DNA of 64,000 bases from Octopus sinensis. Lineage: Eukaryota. The stretch is from NCBI RefSeq assembly GCF_006345805.1, contig NC_043022.1, positions 2,480,001 through 2,544,000 of the forward strand, in the 5' to 3' direction. Under the pieces are notes generated by a model. The model did no database searches. It was not told the origin of the DNA and saw only the letters and a program-made list of their open reading frames with translations. The translations under genes and the position numbers were made by a program. Of the stretch, positions 13,371 through 24,899 are shown in pieces. Position 1 is the first letter of the stretch. Every line of letters begins with the position of its first letter.

Positions 13371-14222
13371 CGTGACGAAATACCATTATAGCAAATATTC
13401 TGCTCTGTACCACAGATTTGCTTGTCATTTGCCTTGACTGTAACCACTCGAGCATGTATGTCCCTTAGTGGCTGACAATATGTGCATGAACAGGAAAAGT
13501 GGGGGAACATCGTAGCTGTGTGTTGAGAGGGACTCTTTGGGGTTTGAATAAATGTAACAAAAGCAAAGTTTGAAAGAAATATTAGCCATTTTCCATACAT
13601 TCTAAGGGGAAGCAAGTAACAGTTGCCACCCAAGGACAAAAATCAAGTTGCACAGTGTAATTTTTTTTTTCTCTCTCCTTTAGGATTGATTAGTTTGTCA
13701 ATAGTTGTAGGGGTTGAGAAAGATAGTTTTGCCCGTTTTGCTCTTCACCATTTTCATATCAATACAGTAAGCTACACCCTAATTCCAAAATGTGTAGATT
13801 TTGAGTTCCTCCATCTTGTGTACCCACTATTCCTTAAAGTTGTTGGGGGTCGAGTCTTCAGGCACTTCCTGCATTAAGGTCCTGACTCAAGCGACCATCA
13901 GACTTGCCAGCCGGATCCCTAAACGTATAACCAACTGAAACTATTAATATCATCCAGCCATCTGGTTCTTCCATTACTCCTAGGGCTCCCATAGGTTGGT
14001 TTGCTTTCAAGAATCCATCCTAAAATTCTTTCCTGTGACATTCTAATCACATGTCTGCAAGAGCTGGGACCTCTCGTTAGAAGGGACTCTCTGATCTTTT
14101 GAATAATTATGTCAAAATCTTATGTACTTAAAAAAAAACTGAAAATCTTGCCTGGAAGAATTATCTCCCTTAGCACACATTAATAATATTTACTCGTTGT
14201 TGCTCATTAATTATATTAATTA

Positions 14223-14524
14223 CTAGCAGTATCGCCCGGCGTTGCTCGGGTTTGTATGGGAAACAACTATATAAGCATTTTTAGAAAGTTACTTCCCTTA
14301 TATAAAAGCCAAAAAATGCGTTAAAAATGGGAAAAAATGATGGTAAATTTTTTTTTAAATCGTAGACTCATCATAGACACGCGCTAATACCCAGAAGGGC
14401 TTGATATGAATCACAACTATAAGATACCCGGTTTTGGTTAAACTGCACCACAAAATGTGGGAGTAGTTAGGAATCTAAATCATAGGAGACAGACAGCACA
14501 CAACCTCACTTTTATATATATAGA
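14223..14524 (-). mobile_element. Non-autonomous Helitron
   Basis: Minus strand A|TC...CCCGAGCAACGCCGGG..CTAG|T; shares its 3' end with 27040-27394. Confidence 0.8.
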
Positions 14525-16047
14525 TTATATAGCGTTATGATGTAGTGTTATGCTGACATAATAGCAGATAGTGTAGAGTGTTGAAAGAAAATACTTCAAT
14601 CTATTTATGTTTCTTCACATTCTGTTGTGGCAGACGCCCCCCCGGGTGAGAAGTGGGCTGGTCCACTGCTGATAAATAGTGGACTGACACAGTAATGTCA
14701 GCGGGGTACGCTGTTTGGGCAAGTCCCCACAGACGACGGAATACTGATGTTGGTGTATCTATGTTCCTGTAACTTAGCAGTTCGGCAAAAGATACCAATA
14801 GAATAAATACTAGGCTTACAAAGAATAAGTCCTGGGTTCGATTAGTTCAACTAAAGGTGGTGCTCCAGCATGGCCGCAGTCAAATGGCTGAAACAGGTAA
14901 AAGAATAAAAGAATATAACTACATACTGTCAGGAATTCTGTATGTAGAATAAAGATTAATGGAAGAAACCCTTTTTTTGTTTTTTAAGAATATTTAGCGG
15001 GGAACAAAACCCTGCAGATTTAGTTCAATCATACAGTTGGAATTACTCTTTTACTTGTTTCAGTCATTTGACTGCGGCCATGCTGGAGCACCGCCTTTTG
15101 TCGAGCAAATCGACCCCGGGACTTATTCTTTGTAAGCCCAGTACTTATTCTATCGGTCTCTTTTGCCGAACCGCTAAGTGACGGGGCGTAAACACACCAG
15201 CATCGGTTGTCAATCAATGCTAGGAGGACAAACACACACACATATATACGACAGGCTTCTTTCAGTTTCTGCCTACCAAATCCACTCACAAGGCATTGGT
15301 CGGCCCGGGGCTATAGCAGAAGACACTTGCCCAAGATGCCACGCAGTGGGACTGAACCCGGAACCATGTGGTTTGTTAGCAAGCTACTTAACACACAGCC
15401 ACTCCTGCGCCTACTTCTATACTAGTTTCGCAATTAATTCGCAATTAATTCAGCACCCCTTCAAGATAGCAATACTTAGATTATTGGAATAACTTTTTCC
15501 TCAACTGAAATTTCTTCCACTTCTCCCTCTCTCCTTGCTCTCCACCTTGCTCTATTTTTCTCTTCTCTTTCTGACTCTCCATTTCTCTTTCTCTCCTGTT
15601 AACCCTCTAACATTCAAACCAGCCGTATCCAGCGCAAAAGTTTTGCCCCTTTTTATGTCTAAACTGGCCACATCTGGCCTCTCGCACCTACCCTACAATG
15701 TCATTCTAAAAATAAGCGATCACATCATTGAAATCTCGTGAGATTAATGAGATAATACATGATTAATTCAAACCAACGTAAATGAACATGCATTACATTT
15801 GACAAACTAATTAAGGTAAAGGGTTAATTCTCTTTACCTCTTCACCCCCCCCCCCCACACTTTTCGCATAGCTTTTCCACATCTGTATCTCTTTCTATCT
15901 TGTAGCTCTTTCACATGTCCCCCTGACTTTCCATTTCTCATTTCGCCCTCCTCCGCTTTTTTAAAATTCTCTGAACATCTCTCTCTCCCTCAAACCCTTC
16001 TTCTACTGTCCTCCCCTTTAACTGTGAATTTGTGTTTTGAATTTAAA

Positions 16048-16194
16048 GGGGTCTGGGAAGCCAGGGGCTGCACCAGGCTCCAGTCTGATCTGGCAGTGTT
16101 TCTACAGCTGGTTGGCGTTAGGAAGGGCATCCAGCTGTAGAAACACTGCCAGATCAGACTGGAGCCTGGTGCAGCCCCTGGCTTCCCAGACCCC
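16048..16194. repeat. Perfect inverted repeat, 64-bp arms, 19-nt loop
   Basis: 16048-16111 is the reverse complement of 16131-16194; derived from family C. Confidence 0.92.
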
Positions 16195-16368
16195 GGTCGA
16201 ACCGTCCAACCCATGCTAGCATGGAGAACGGACGTTAAACGATGATGATGATTTCTTAAAAACTGTCTCAGTGTCCTCAAATGTTGAGTGTGAGTTATTG
16301 AAATGTCATTGATTTGTTCAAACTTTGATCTGACCCTTACTAAAAATCTTCTCTTGTGTTTCGTTTAG

Positions 16369-16619
16369 TTTCTATCCACACCTCTGTGGCCCAGGTTGGC
16401 ACACTGGCCAATGTGATCAACAGCGAGTACGGCCTACCTTCACCAATGAAGTCGCCGACCAACCAATCGAATGTCGTCGTGTCCCAAGCTTCTGATGCCG
16501 CCTACCAACAGGGTGGACCCGAAGTGATGCGGCTGCACACGAACTACAGTACAGGAGTGCACCAACAGTCGGCACCTGTTGGCTATAATTGGAAACTGAA
16601 GCGGATGCACCAACATCAG
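16369..16619 (+). CDS. NCOR: NCoR-like coding exon (FSIHTSVAQVGTLANVINSEY...YNWKLKRMHQHQ)
   Basis: Branch-like TACTAA ~16338, TTTAG acceptor ending 16368, phase 1 joins the previous exon (T+TT=Phe); donor CAG|GTGGGT at 16620 is phase 0 and matches the next exon. Confidence 0.85.
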
Positions 16620-17550
16620 GTGGGTACCTCCTGTTGTCACCGTTATGAGATGAATGCAGGTGTGTGTGTGTGTGTGCGTGCGTGTCTCTCTTCCTCACTG
16701 ACCACTGGTGTATGTATAGATGTGTACATGTGTGTATACACACATATATATATATATATATATATGTGTGTCTTTTATCTTTTACTTGTTTTTGTCATTG
16801 GACTGTGGCCATGCTGGGGCACTGCTTTGAAGGCGTTTTAGTCAAATGAATCAACCCCTATACTTTCTTTTTTGTCTTTTTTGTTATGCCTGGTACTTAC
16901 TCTATCAATCTCTTTTTGCTGAATCACCAAGTTATGGGAACATAAACACACCAGCCCCGGCTGTCAAGCGGCAGAGCAGGGGTCACACAGACACAAAGAC
17001 ACATACACACACAAATATATATATGTAAAAAGTAAAAAATATATACAAACTGGGACAAGAACGTGAAACACCTAGAAGACGGCACAAGAACCACAGGACG
17101 GGACATTCGAAGCCCTCAGTCATCAGTCAAGAACCGGATCATCTTCGCAATTTCGGCTGAATGGGCTTCTTTTAGTTTCCATCTACCAAATCCACTTACA
17201 AGGCTTTGGTTAGCCCAATTTTCTTATACATACACACACACACAAACACATTCACACAATGTTTTTACAGTTAGTTCCAATGCTGTTATTTCCCCGATCA
17301 CAATTCTCAACTTTCTACTTTATCCAAACAAGCTCAGAAATTTTTTGTTTATCTGACTGCAAACCTTGATCCCTCCTTCCCTTGCTTAGCAACATGTTCT
17401 TCCAATGTGACCTGCAATCATCATATGATGGAGGGGACATTGAATGTTTGATGAAATGTACTAAATTTGTTTTCTTCCACAAAATACACTCATAAAGTAG
17501 GCTTGTGTCTTATACACCAACAAATACAATATTTTAGACAGCAATTATAG

Positions 17551-17940
17551 GGAAGGGAAGGAAGCACTCCGTTGGTTACGACGACGAGGGTTCCGGTTGA
17601 TCCGATCAACGGAACAGCCTGCTCGTGAAATTAACGTGTAAGTGGCTGAGCACTCCACAGACACGTGCACCCTTAACGTAGTTCTCGGGGATATTCAGCG
17701 TGACAGGGAGAGTGACAAGGCCGGCCCTTTGAAATACAGGTACAACAGAAACAGGAAGTAAGAGTGAGAGAAAGTTGTGGTGAAAGAGTACAGCAGGTAT
17801 CACCACCATCCCCTGTCGGAGCCTCGTGGAGCTTTAGGTGTTTTCGCTCTATAAACACTCACAATGCCCAGTCTGGGAATCGAAACCGCGATCCTACGAC
17901 TGCGAGTCCGCTGCCCTAACCACTGGGCCATTGCGCCTCC
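17551..17940 (-). mobile_element. tRNA-headed SINE family D (~390 bp)
   Basis: Minus-strand head GGAGGCGCAATGGCCCAGTGGTTAGGGCAGCGGACT...GGTTTCGATTCC. Second copy ~46527-46866; same head with other tails at ~32422-32683 (-) and 48433-48730 (+). Confidence 0.88.
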
Positions 17941-18206
17941 ACACAGCAATTATGATAAATATGACTAAAAGCTTCTTTTCAATACTTTATAACACTAAAG
18001 AAAAATTTGAAAATTCTACCTGAAAGATATTTACTTCCAACATTTCATAGCTCATATTCCCTTGCTATATCTCGGTTCACCTATTGTGGCTTATTATTTA
18101 AGCTTACGTTGATTCCTCTGTGTTGTTGTTTTGCATTTATAATAAATATATACAAATTATGAAAATAATTTTTAAAAATATATACAGTACTATATAAAAA
18201 TATATA

Positions 18207-18622
18207 GGCGCAGGAGTGGCTGTGTGGTAAGTAGCTTGCTTACCAACCACATGGTTCCGGGTTCAGTCCCAATGCGTCGCATCTTGGGCAAGTGTCTTCC
18301 GCTATAGCCCGGGGCCGACAAATGCCTTGTGAGTGGATTTGGTAGACGGAAACTGAAAGAAGCCTGTCATATATATGTATATATATATATGTGTGTGTGT
18401 GTGTGTATGTCTGTGTGTCTGTGTTTGTCCCCCTAACATTGCTTGACAACCGATGCTGGTGTGTTTACGTCCCCGTGACTTAGCGGTTCGGCAAAAGAGA
18501 CCGATAGAACAAGTACTGGGCTTACAAAAGAATAAGTCCCGGGGTCGATTTGCTCGACTAAAGGCGGTGCTCCAGCATGGCCACAGTCAAATGACTGAAA
18601 CAAGTAAAAGAGTAAAGAGAGT
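18207..18622 (+). mobile_element. tRNA-headed CORE-like SINE, family A (~410 bp, internal TA/TG microsatellite, GTAAAAGA-like tail)
   Basis: A box TGGCTGTGTGG, B box GGTTCAGTCC, CORE-like CTTGGGCAAGTG. Other + copies at ~42114-42520, 52865-53248, 56197-56625. Confidence 0.9.
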
Positions 18623-19431
18623 ACTATTTCTACTTTGTGGATTTTCGCCTCTCACGGTATCTTGGAATATAACACTTGTGATAGTCGACGGATTACTATA
18701 TATATACAAAACCTTGTCTTCTTCTAACGTGCTTGTTGGCATAGACTGGACAATTTGACAGGCTCGGACAAATTGGAGGACTATGTCAAGATCTAACATA
18801 AGAAGTTTACTTTCCAACCATGTGGTTCAGACAAGTGTCTTCTCAGGCCAACCAAAGTCTTGTGGATGGATTTGGTAGACGGAAACTGTAAGAAGACTAT
18901 CACACACACACACACACACAACATATGTATATTGTCCACAGATCAAATCAGAACCAGAGATTCTCAATGTAGAAGACACTTAGCTTCTGATGTCTTTACA
19001 GGGGATCAATTCTACAAGGTAAAGAATGGCTATAAGAGGGATCAAGTTGAGCAGATGTGGAGGCAATTATGCAGATAAACAAATTAGGGACATCAAATAT
19101 ATTAGATATGATGGTTTGGGTATGAAACACAAATTGTGTGAGTGTCTTTGTGTCTGTGTTTGTCCCCCCCTCCCCAACTGCTGCTTGACCACTGGTGTTG
19201 GTGTGTTTGCATCCCTGTAATTTAGTGCCTTCGCAAAAGAAGTAAAGGGGGTTGGTTTGTTCGACTAAAAATTCTTCCAGGCAGTGCCGCAGCATGGCCA
19301 CAGTCTAATGATTGAAACCAGTAAGAGATGGAGAGAGATGAATTCTTTGGTGTCCAGTGTCCACTGCAACAGCAACCTTAAAGAATGAAGTAGAACATGC
19401 ATTCTATGAGTATATTTGCTTTTATTTCCAG

Positions 19432-19440
19432 GAAGCAGAA

Positions 19441-19475
<35 letters not shown>

Positions 19476-19750
19476 GCATCAACAGCAGCAGCAGCATCAA
19501 CAACAACAGCAGCAGCAGCATCAACAACAACAGCAGCAGCAGCAGCAACAGCAGCAGGCGGCCGCTTCTATGAGTGGCTCGCAGCAAGTTGAGAATGTCG
19601 GTCAAATTCAACGCTTGCTTCATTCGAATGCTAGTCCTGAAGAATACGAAATCATACAGGGAGGTGTCAGCTGGATTCGACCAGACCATTCGCCGCAGAA
19701 CCGAACACAGCATGTCGGTGGAATCAAAGTTGAACCAATATCGCCACCAG
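19432..19750 (+). CDS. NCOR: NCoR-like coding exon with polyQ and VEPISPP
   Basis: TTTCCAG acceptor ending 19431 (phase 0); CAG|GTAAAT donor at 19751 (phase 1); EPISPP is a recognisable NCoR C-terminal-region motif. Confidence 0.88.
19441..19557 (+). repeat. Coding (CAG/CAA)n polyglutamine tract interrupted by His
   Basis: Directly visible, in frame. Confidence 0.95.
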
Positions 19751-20427
19751 GTAAATCAAACGGACATCCTCTTACGATGACCCCAGCAGACACATAGCCT
19801 TTTTTTTTTGTAATGTTCTCTTCCATTCTTTTAACGAGTTTAAGATCATTGCATATTATTGGAGTAAATGTCTTTACCATCATTCCTCATACCACTGGTC
19901 ATGTATGGACAGAGTGGGACCTGCTGTCTGACTAATGGACTGAGGCAAGTTAAGTACCTGATCTGAAGCTACAATCATTATTATCATTACCAGTTCCTCT
20001 TGTAGTCTCGAGCACATTGGGCAGCAAGTTGGCGCTGCTGCTTTTCTATTGGCTGTACAATCCTCTGTGTCTGACCACGTGATATTGACCCCTCCCGTGT
20101 CACTTGGAAATGTTCTGCACCTTGCTGTTTTCAGTTTTCTTCTCCTAACTTTTTCCTCTCCTGTGGTCTCCATTTGAAAGCAGTTTTAGGATGGACCTTT
20201 TTTTTTGTGGGGTGGTGGGTAGCCAGATTATATACCCTGCTCGTTGTTGCATTACTCAAAGAACCAAAACACTTGCACTTGGTGACCTTCTCTGAAGAAA
20301 CTTCCTCTGCTCAACTCTTCATAGAGTTCTTAACTACCCAGAAACAGCATATCAACTCAACTGACATATTTATCTTCAGATATTTTTATATCATCCTTTT
20401 AGATCTTAGCCAAAAATGAACATTTAA

Positions 20428-20650
20428 CCCTCTCATTACTGTATTTCTCTTAAGATGCTCTGTGTTTCTTTCAATTCATTTTAGATATAACAAAGAATTA
20501 GGTAAAATAACTTCGTTATCATTAAGCTAGTGTTAGGAACATAAATTGTGACTAAGGTTTGGTGGAAGATTTTAATTTCAAAACTTATGAAAACAAGACA
20601 TTTGTACTACAGAGCCAAAGGCTGTTTCAGCTGGGTTTGTATCGAAAGGG
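20428..20650. mobile_element. piggyBac-type MITE family 2
   Basis: TTAA-CCCT...AAAGGG-TTAA. Clusters of relatives at ~33160-33480, 40230-41760, 47290-47850. Confidence 0.75.
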
Positions 20651-21454
20651 TTAAGTTACAGATTTTGTTTCACATAATTGTTTGACTTGTTAGAAATAGC
20701 AGCCAAATCTTGTGCAAATTGAAGTTGACTGACTGTCTTTAGCCCTTTTCTTACCATATTTCTGTTGAGATGGTCTGTGTTTCTTTCAATTATTTTAAAT
20801 ATAACAAAGAATTTAGTAAAATAACTTCATTATCATTAAGCTGGTGTTAGGAACATAAATTGTGATAGGACATTTGTACTGCAGAGCCAGAGGTGGTTTC
20901 AGCCGGGTTAGCATCAAAAGGATTAAAAGATAGATGTTTTTTTCTTTCTTTTAATTGTTTGTTTCATTCAAAGTAAAAATAGCTTCTGAATTTTTAAACT
21001 CTCCCTTTTTAATACAACCCTCATTGTTCAGTTTTCTTTTACGATATGGATTGGAGTTCTTAGACATTACTTCTAAACTATTGCACTTAACTTTGGTTTT
21101 TCTGCTCGGATATACTTGCTTGTTCCATTCAGATAAGGCAGAGAGCTGGCAAAATCGTTAGCAACATTTCATCTATCTTTACATTCTAAGTAATCCTCTA
21201 CTTATCCCTCTTCTGAAATTGCTAACCCTATGCCAAAATTTGAAACGGTATTTTCATGCTGCAAAAATTCCAATCTCTGATGCCATTTCAATTTTCTCAG
21301 AAACAAAAACATTCTCTCCACCTCGCAGATTTCCATCCTCAACAAATCTCCAACATCATCATCACTATGTTTCATTATCCTGTTGTCATTCATTATTTGG
21401 ACTGGTGTTACCCCTTAGTCTGTCCAAAGTATTCTCATAAGCTTGTCCTAACAA

Positions 21455-21676
21455 GCCGAAACACCTGCCCGAGGCAGGTTCCTTTCCTGAAGACCTTCTG
21501 CTGTTCAGCTCCCTTGAGAAATACCAGGGCTGTGGAGTCGAAACAAACAACTTTGACTCCTCTGCTATTGGCACTTCCGACTCTGACTCCTCTATGTTTC
21601 CGGCTCTGACTCTCCGACTCCACAGCTCTGAGAATAGAATAGTAGACCATAACAAGTTCAAATAACTATCTTGTTA
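21455..21676. repeat. Local dispersed duplication (partner ~23205-23456) containing a CAGGGCTGTGGAGTCG...CGACTCCACAGCTCTG MITE
   Basis: Near-identical copies 1.75 kb apart including flanks outside the TIRs. Confidence 0.8.
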
Positions 21677-22723
21677 TTTGTTTTCAGACTTTCATACACT
21701 CTAAGTAATATGAAACTTTCCTTTCCTAAGTCCTAAGTTACTTTGGAGGTTGAAAAAAAGAGAAGTGAATGTGTATCCTATATGATGCATGGACACCAGG
21801 GAAATATGTCCTGTATGTTATATGAGATAAGAAAGGGCAAGCTAAGGGTTAATGTGCTGGTGAAACAATCAATGTTTGTTCGTCTGAATTCTTTTTGCAC
21901 TGTTCACAACCTTCACAGTGACTAACACACTAGCTCTGTGACTTGGTTAGATATTTAACTAATTGACTAACAGTAAAGAAGTGGAAGTGAACCAGTGTGT
22001 GTGTGTTATTATTGGTGAAATGACCCTCCCAAGACAAGATTTAAAAATTTTATTTTTTTGTTATTCTGTTACTGTTGTGACACTTTTATAGAATTAACTA
22101 TTGTTATTAGAAAACAGTTGTAATTACTAGTTCCCTTGTTATTTGTGAAGCACACACACACACACACATTAACCCTACTCAACTCCTGCAGTTCTCTCCA
22201 TAGTTCTTTGCTACTTTCATTTTCATACACACGCACATACACTGTATTGTATTATTGTTTGTCTTATTCTTGCTACATCCAACCATTTCACAGATTACAT
22301 TTTCCATCTTAACTCTTGTTACTTTGATGCAGGAATCAGCAACTTCTCATTATTCTTCCACCCCCTTTTCATATTGCCCCATGGCCCATCTAAAAATGCC
22401 CGTCACCATGATTTCCATCACCAAAAAAGCTTATAAAAACAAAAATTAAAACGAATCACAACACAAAAAGATTTCAACCCTCTAGCACCTAAACTGCCCA
22501 TATCCAGCCAAAATATTTCTCCAGTTTTATGTTGAAGCTGGCCTGATCTAACCTCTCACATCTACCATGTAATGCTAATCTAAAAATTGACAATAACATT
22601 AAAATCTCAAAAATATGTTAAATTTGAAAATTATTTTAGAAAAAGTCTGAGGCCCACAGCAATCCCCTGAGTAGTTCACTTACGAGCCACAACTCCACTC
22701 ATTGCCCCCAACCCTTATTTTAA

Positions 22724-22934
22724 CCCTTTAGTGTTCGCATTATTCTGCCAAAATTAATGCTTTTTCATCCTCATTGTTTTGAACTAATCATGCATTATCT
22801 TGTAGCTATGAGATTTTAATGAGGTAGCTGTTAATTTCTAGAACGATATTGTAGGGTTGGTGTGAAAGACCAGATCTGGCCAGTTTGACCATAAAACAGG
22901 CAGAATACTTTTGGCCGGTTTAAATGCTAAAGGG
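22724..22934. mobile_element. piggyBac-type MITE family 1
   Basis: TTAA-CCCTTTAG...CTAAAGGG-TTAA. Copies at ~15603-15823, 42598-42809, 50042-50261, 54821-55040. Confidence 0.8.
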
Positions 22935-24899
22935 TTAATGCGTTAATCAGACCTGACCTTCTCTCTGCTAACTTTGAAGTACACCTGCATAGGGACAACT
23001 AACTTAATAGGGAGCCAACGTTATTTCATCTTTAAGTTTGGAAGCTGAGTCAACGGAGAGGAGTTTCGACAAGATGAAATCTCCAAGCGGTTTAAATGCA
23101 CAAGGCTTCAATATCCAAAGTGGCTAAAAGGTGTCGGCAAAAGGGTACCTAGGACTCATGACCTGGATGCAGCCCGGGACGCTTAGAGTATAAGAAGTTA
23201 AGGGCCGAAACACCTGCCTGAGGCAGGTTCCTTTCCTGAAGACCTTCTGCTGTTCAGCTCTCTTGAGAAATACCAGGGCTGTGGAATCGAAACAAACAAC
23301 TTTGACTCCTCTGCTATTGGCACTTCCGACTCTGACTCCTCTATGTTACTGACTCCAACCCCAGCTACTCCTTTATTGTTTCCGGCTCTGACTCTCCGAC
23401 TCCACAGCTCTGAGAATAGAATAGTAGAGAGTAACAAGTTCAAATAACTACCTTGTTTTCTCCTCAAGTACTCTGATCTTGGGCCATACAGCTGCTTCTG
23501 ATCATTTCTTTTGCAAAATATCTTTCACTAGCATAGCTAGAGTGTGTTCTGCCCAGGGCAGCCCTTTTGTTTGTTGCCACTGGACCCCATAAAAAACACG
23601 TATTGCCTACAGCAGACCCAAAAGTGCCACCCCTCATTTAGTTTATCTGGGAATCAGTTAATTTCATCGATAAATGCCATCCACTGTTGTTTTTTCCCAT
23701 AATGGTCATGGATTCAGTCTCACTGCGTGGACCTGGGGCAAGTGTTTTCTTTAGTCCTGGGCCAACCAAAACCTTGTGAGTGGATTTGGTAGATGGAAAC
23801 TGAAAGAAGCCCGTCCTATATAAAGTATTGGGCTGGATTTGTTCGACTAAACACTTCAATGCAGTGACCCACCTTTGAGCACAGTCCAATGACTGACAAA
23901 AGATAAAATACCTTTTAACATTTAGAAAATTCCAGAAGCTATCATTTAATCAATTTAAAAATGACGAATGAGCGTCCACATAGAATGAAACGTAAGGGAC
24001 GTAACTGCTTTTGGAGAACAGTAGAACTTAGTTAACTCCCTTCGATAACTTGCCGCTTTGTTAAATACACCTTAAATAGGCCTCACAGTATATTCTTTAT
24101 TATAATTTCTCAAATACATAAAAGATATTTAAACCGTTTTTTATTAAACTAATATACCAGTCAAAAATAAGTATTATTAAAAAGAGAATTTACGTATTTA
24201 AATCTTGAACCAATTTTCAATTTCTTCTTCTACAAAATGTTTATGCATTCAAGATTCTGCACCCTACAATTCAGACTATCAGATTTTTATATCGTTCGCT
24301 TTCTAAAGACCTGGATACTTTGCTGTAAATACAACAGTAAAACCAAGTCTGTAGGGATTACTAAAGTCTTTGTTTTCTTTCTTTTTTTCTGTTGGTCTTA
24401 CTTCCACAGACAGCATATTCATCTTATGTTCAGATATTGTATTAAAGCCATATCTATAAGGTATTCAGACTAATTCAGATACTGCTGCTGTTGTTGTTGG
24501 TGTTAAGCAACAAGACGGGTAAGGGTGATTAGGTGATGGTCTAAAGGGTGATTAGGTGATGGTCTAGGGCTTAGAGGTGGGAGACCCCAGACCTTCAGGG
24601 GGGAAAAAAAAAACTTTGGTCGTCTTGTAGTCGAGGGCTCTTCGTTGACACCCGACACCACTGGAAGGTGGCCCTCGAAGTCGCTGGAAATGGAGATCTC
24701 CTGGTCCAAATTCTTGGACGGCAGAATTCTCCACTGCATTGCACCTTGGGCAAGTGTCTTCCACTGTTGCCTTCGGCTGACCAAAGGCTTGTGAGTGGAT
24801 TTGGAAGGTGGAAACTGAAAGAAGCCCATCATATATGTATATGTGTGTGTGTCTGTGTTTGTTCCTCCACTATCGCCTGACAACCAATGGAGCACCGCC

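Noticed and set aside
17095-17160. CTGATGA / CTGAAGA with nearby GAAA on the minus strand here and at ~59265-59320
   Set aside because: Box order and stems do not give a valid hammerhead (GAAT follows the box; no UH before stem I). The two loci are a related short repeat.
17870-17940. tRNA genes at SINE heads
   Set aside because: A/B boxes are present but acceptor stems do not close and they continue into SINE bodies.
23200-23250. GAAA-hairpin-TTC...CTGAAGA as a type II hammerhead (also ~21455)
   Set aside because: No stem I and no stem II pairing.
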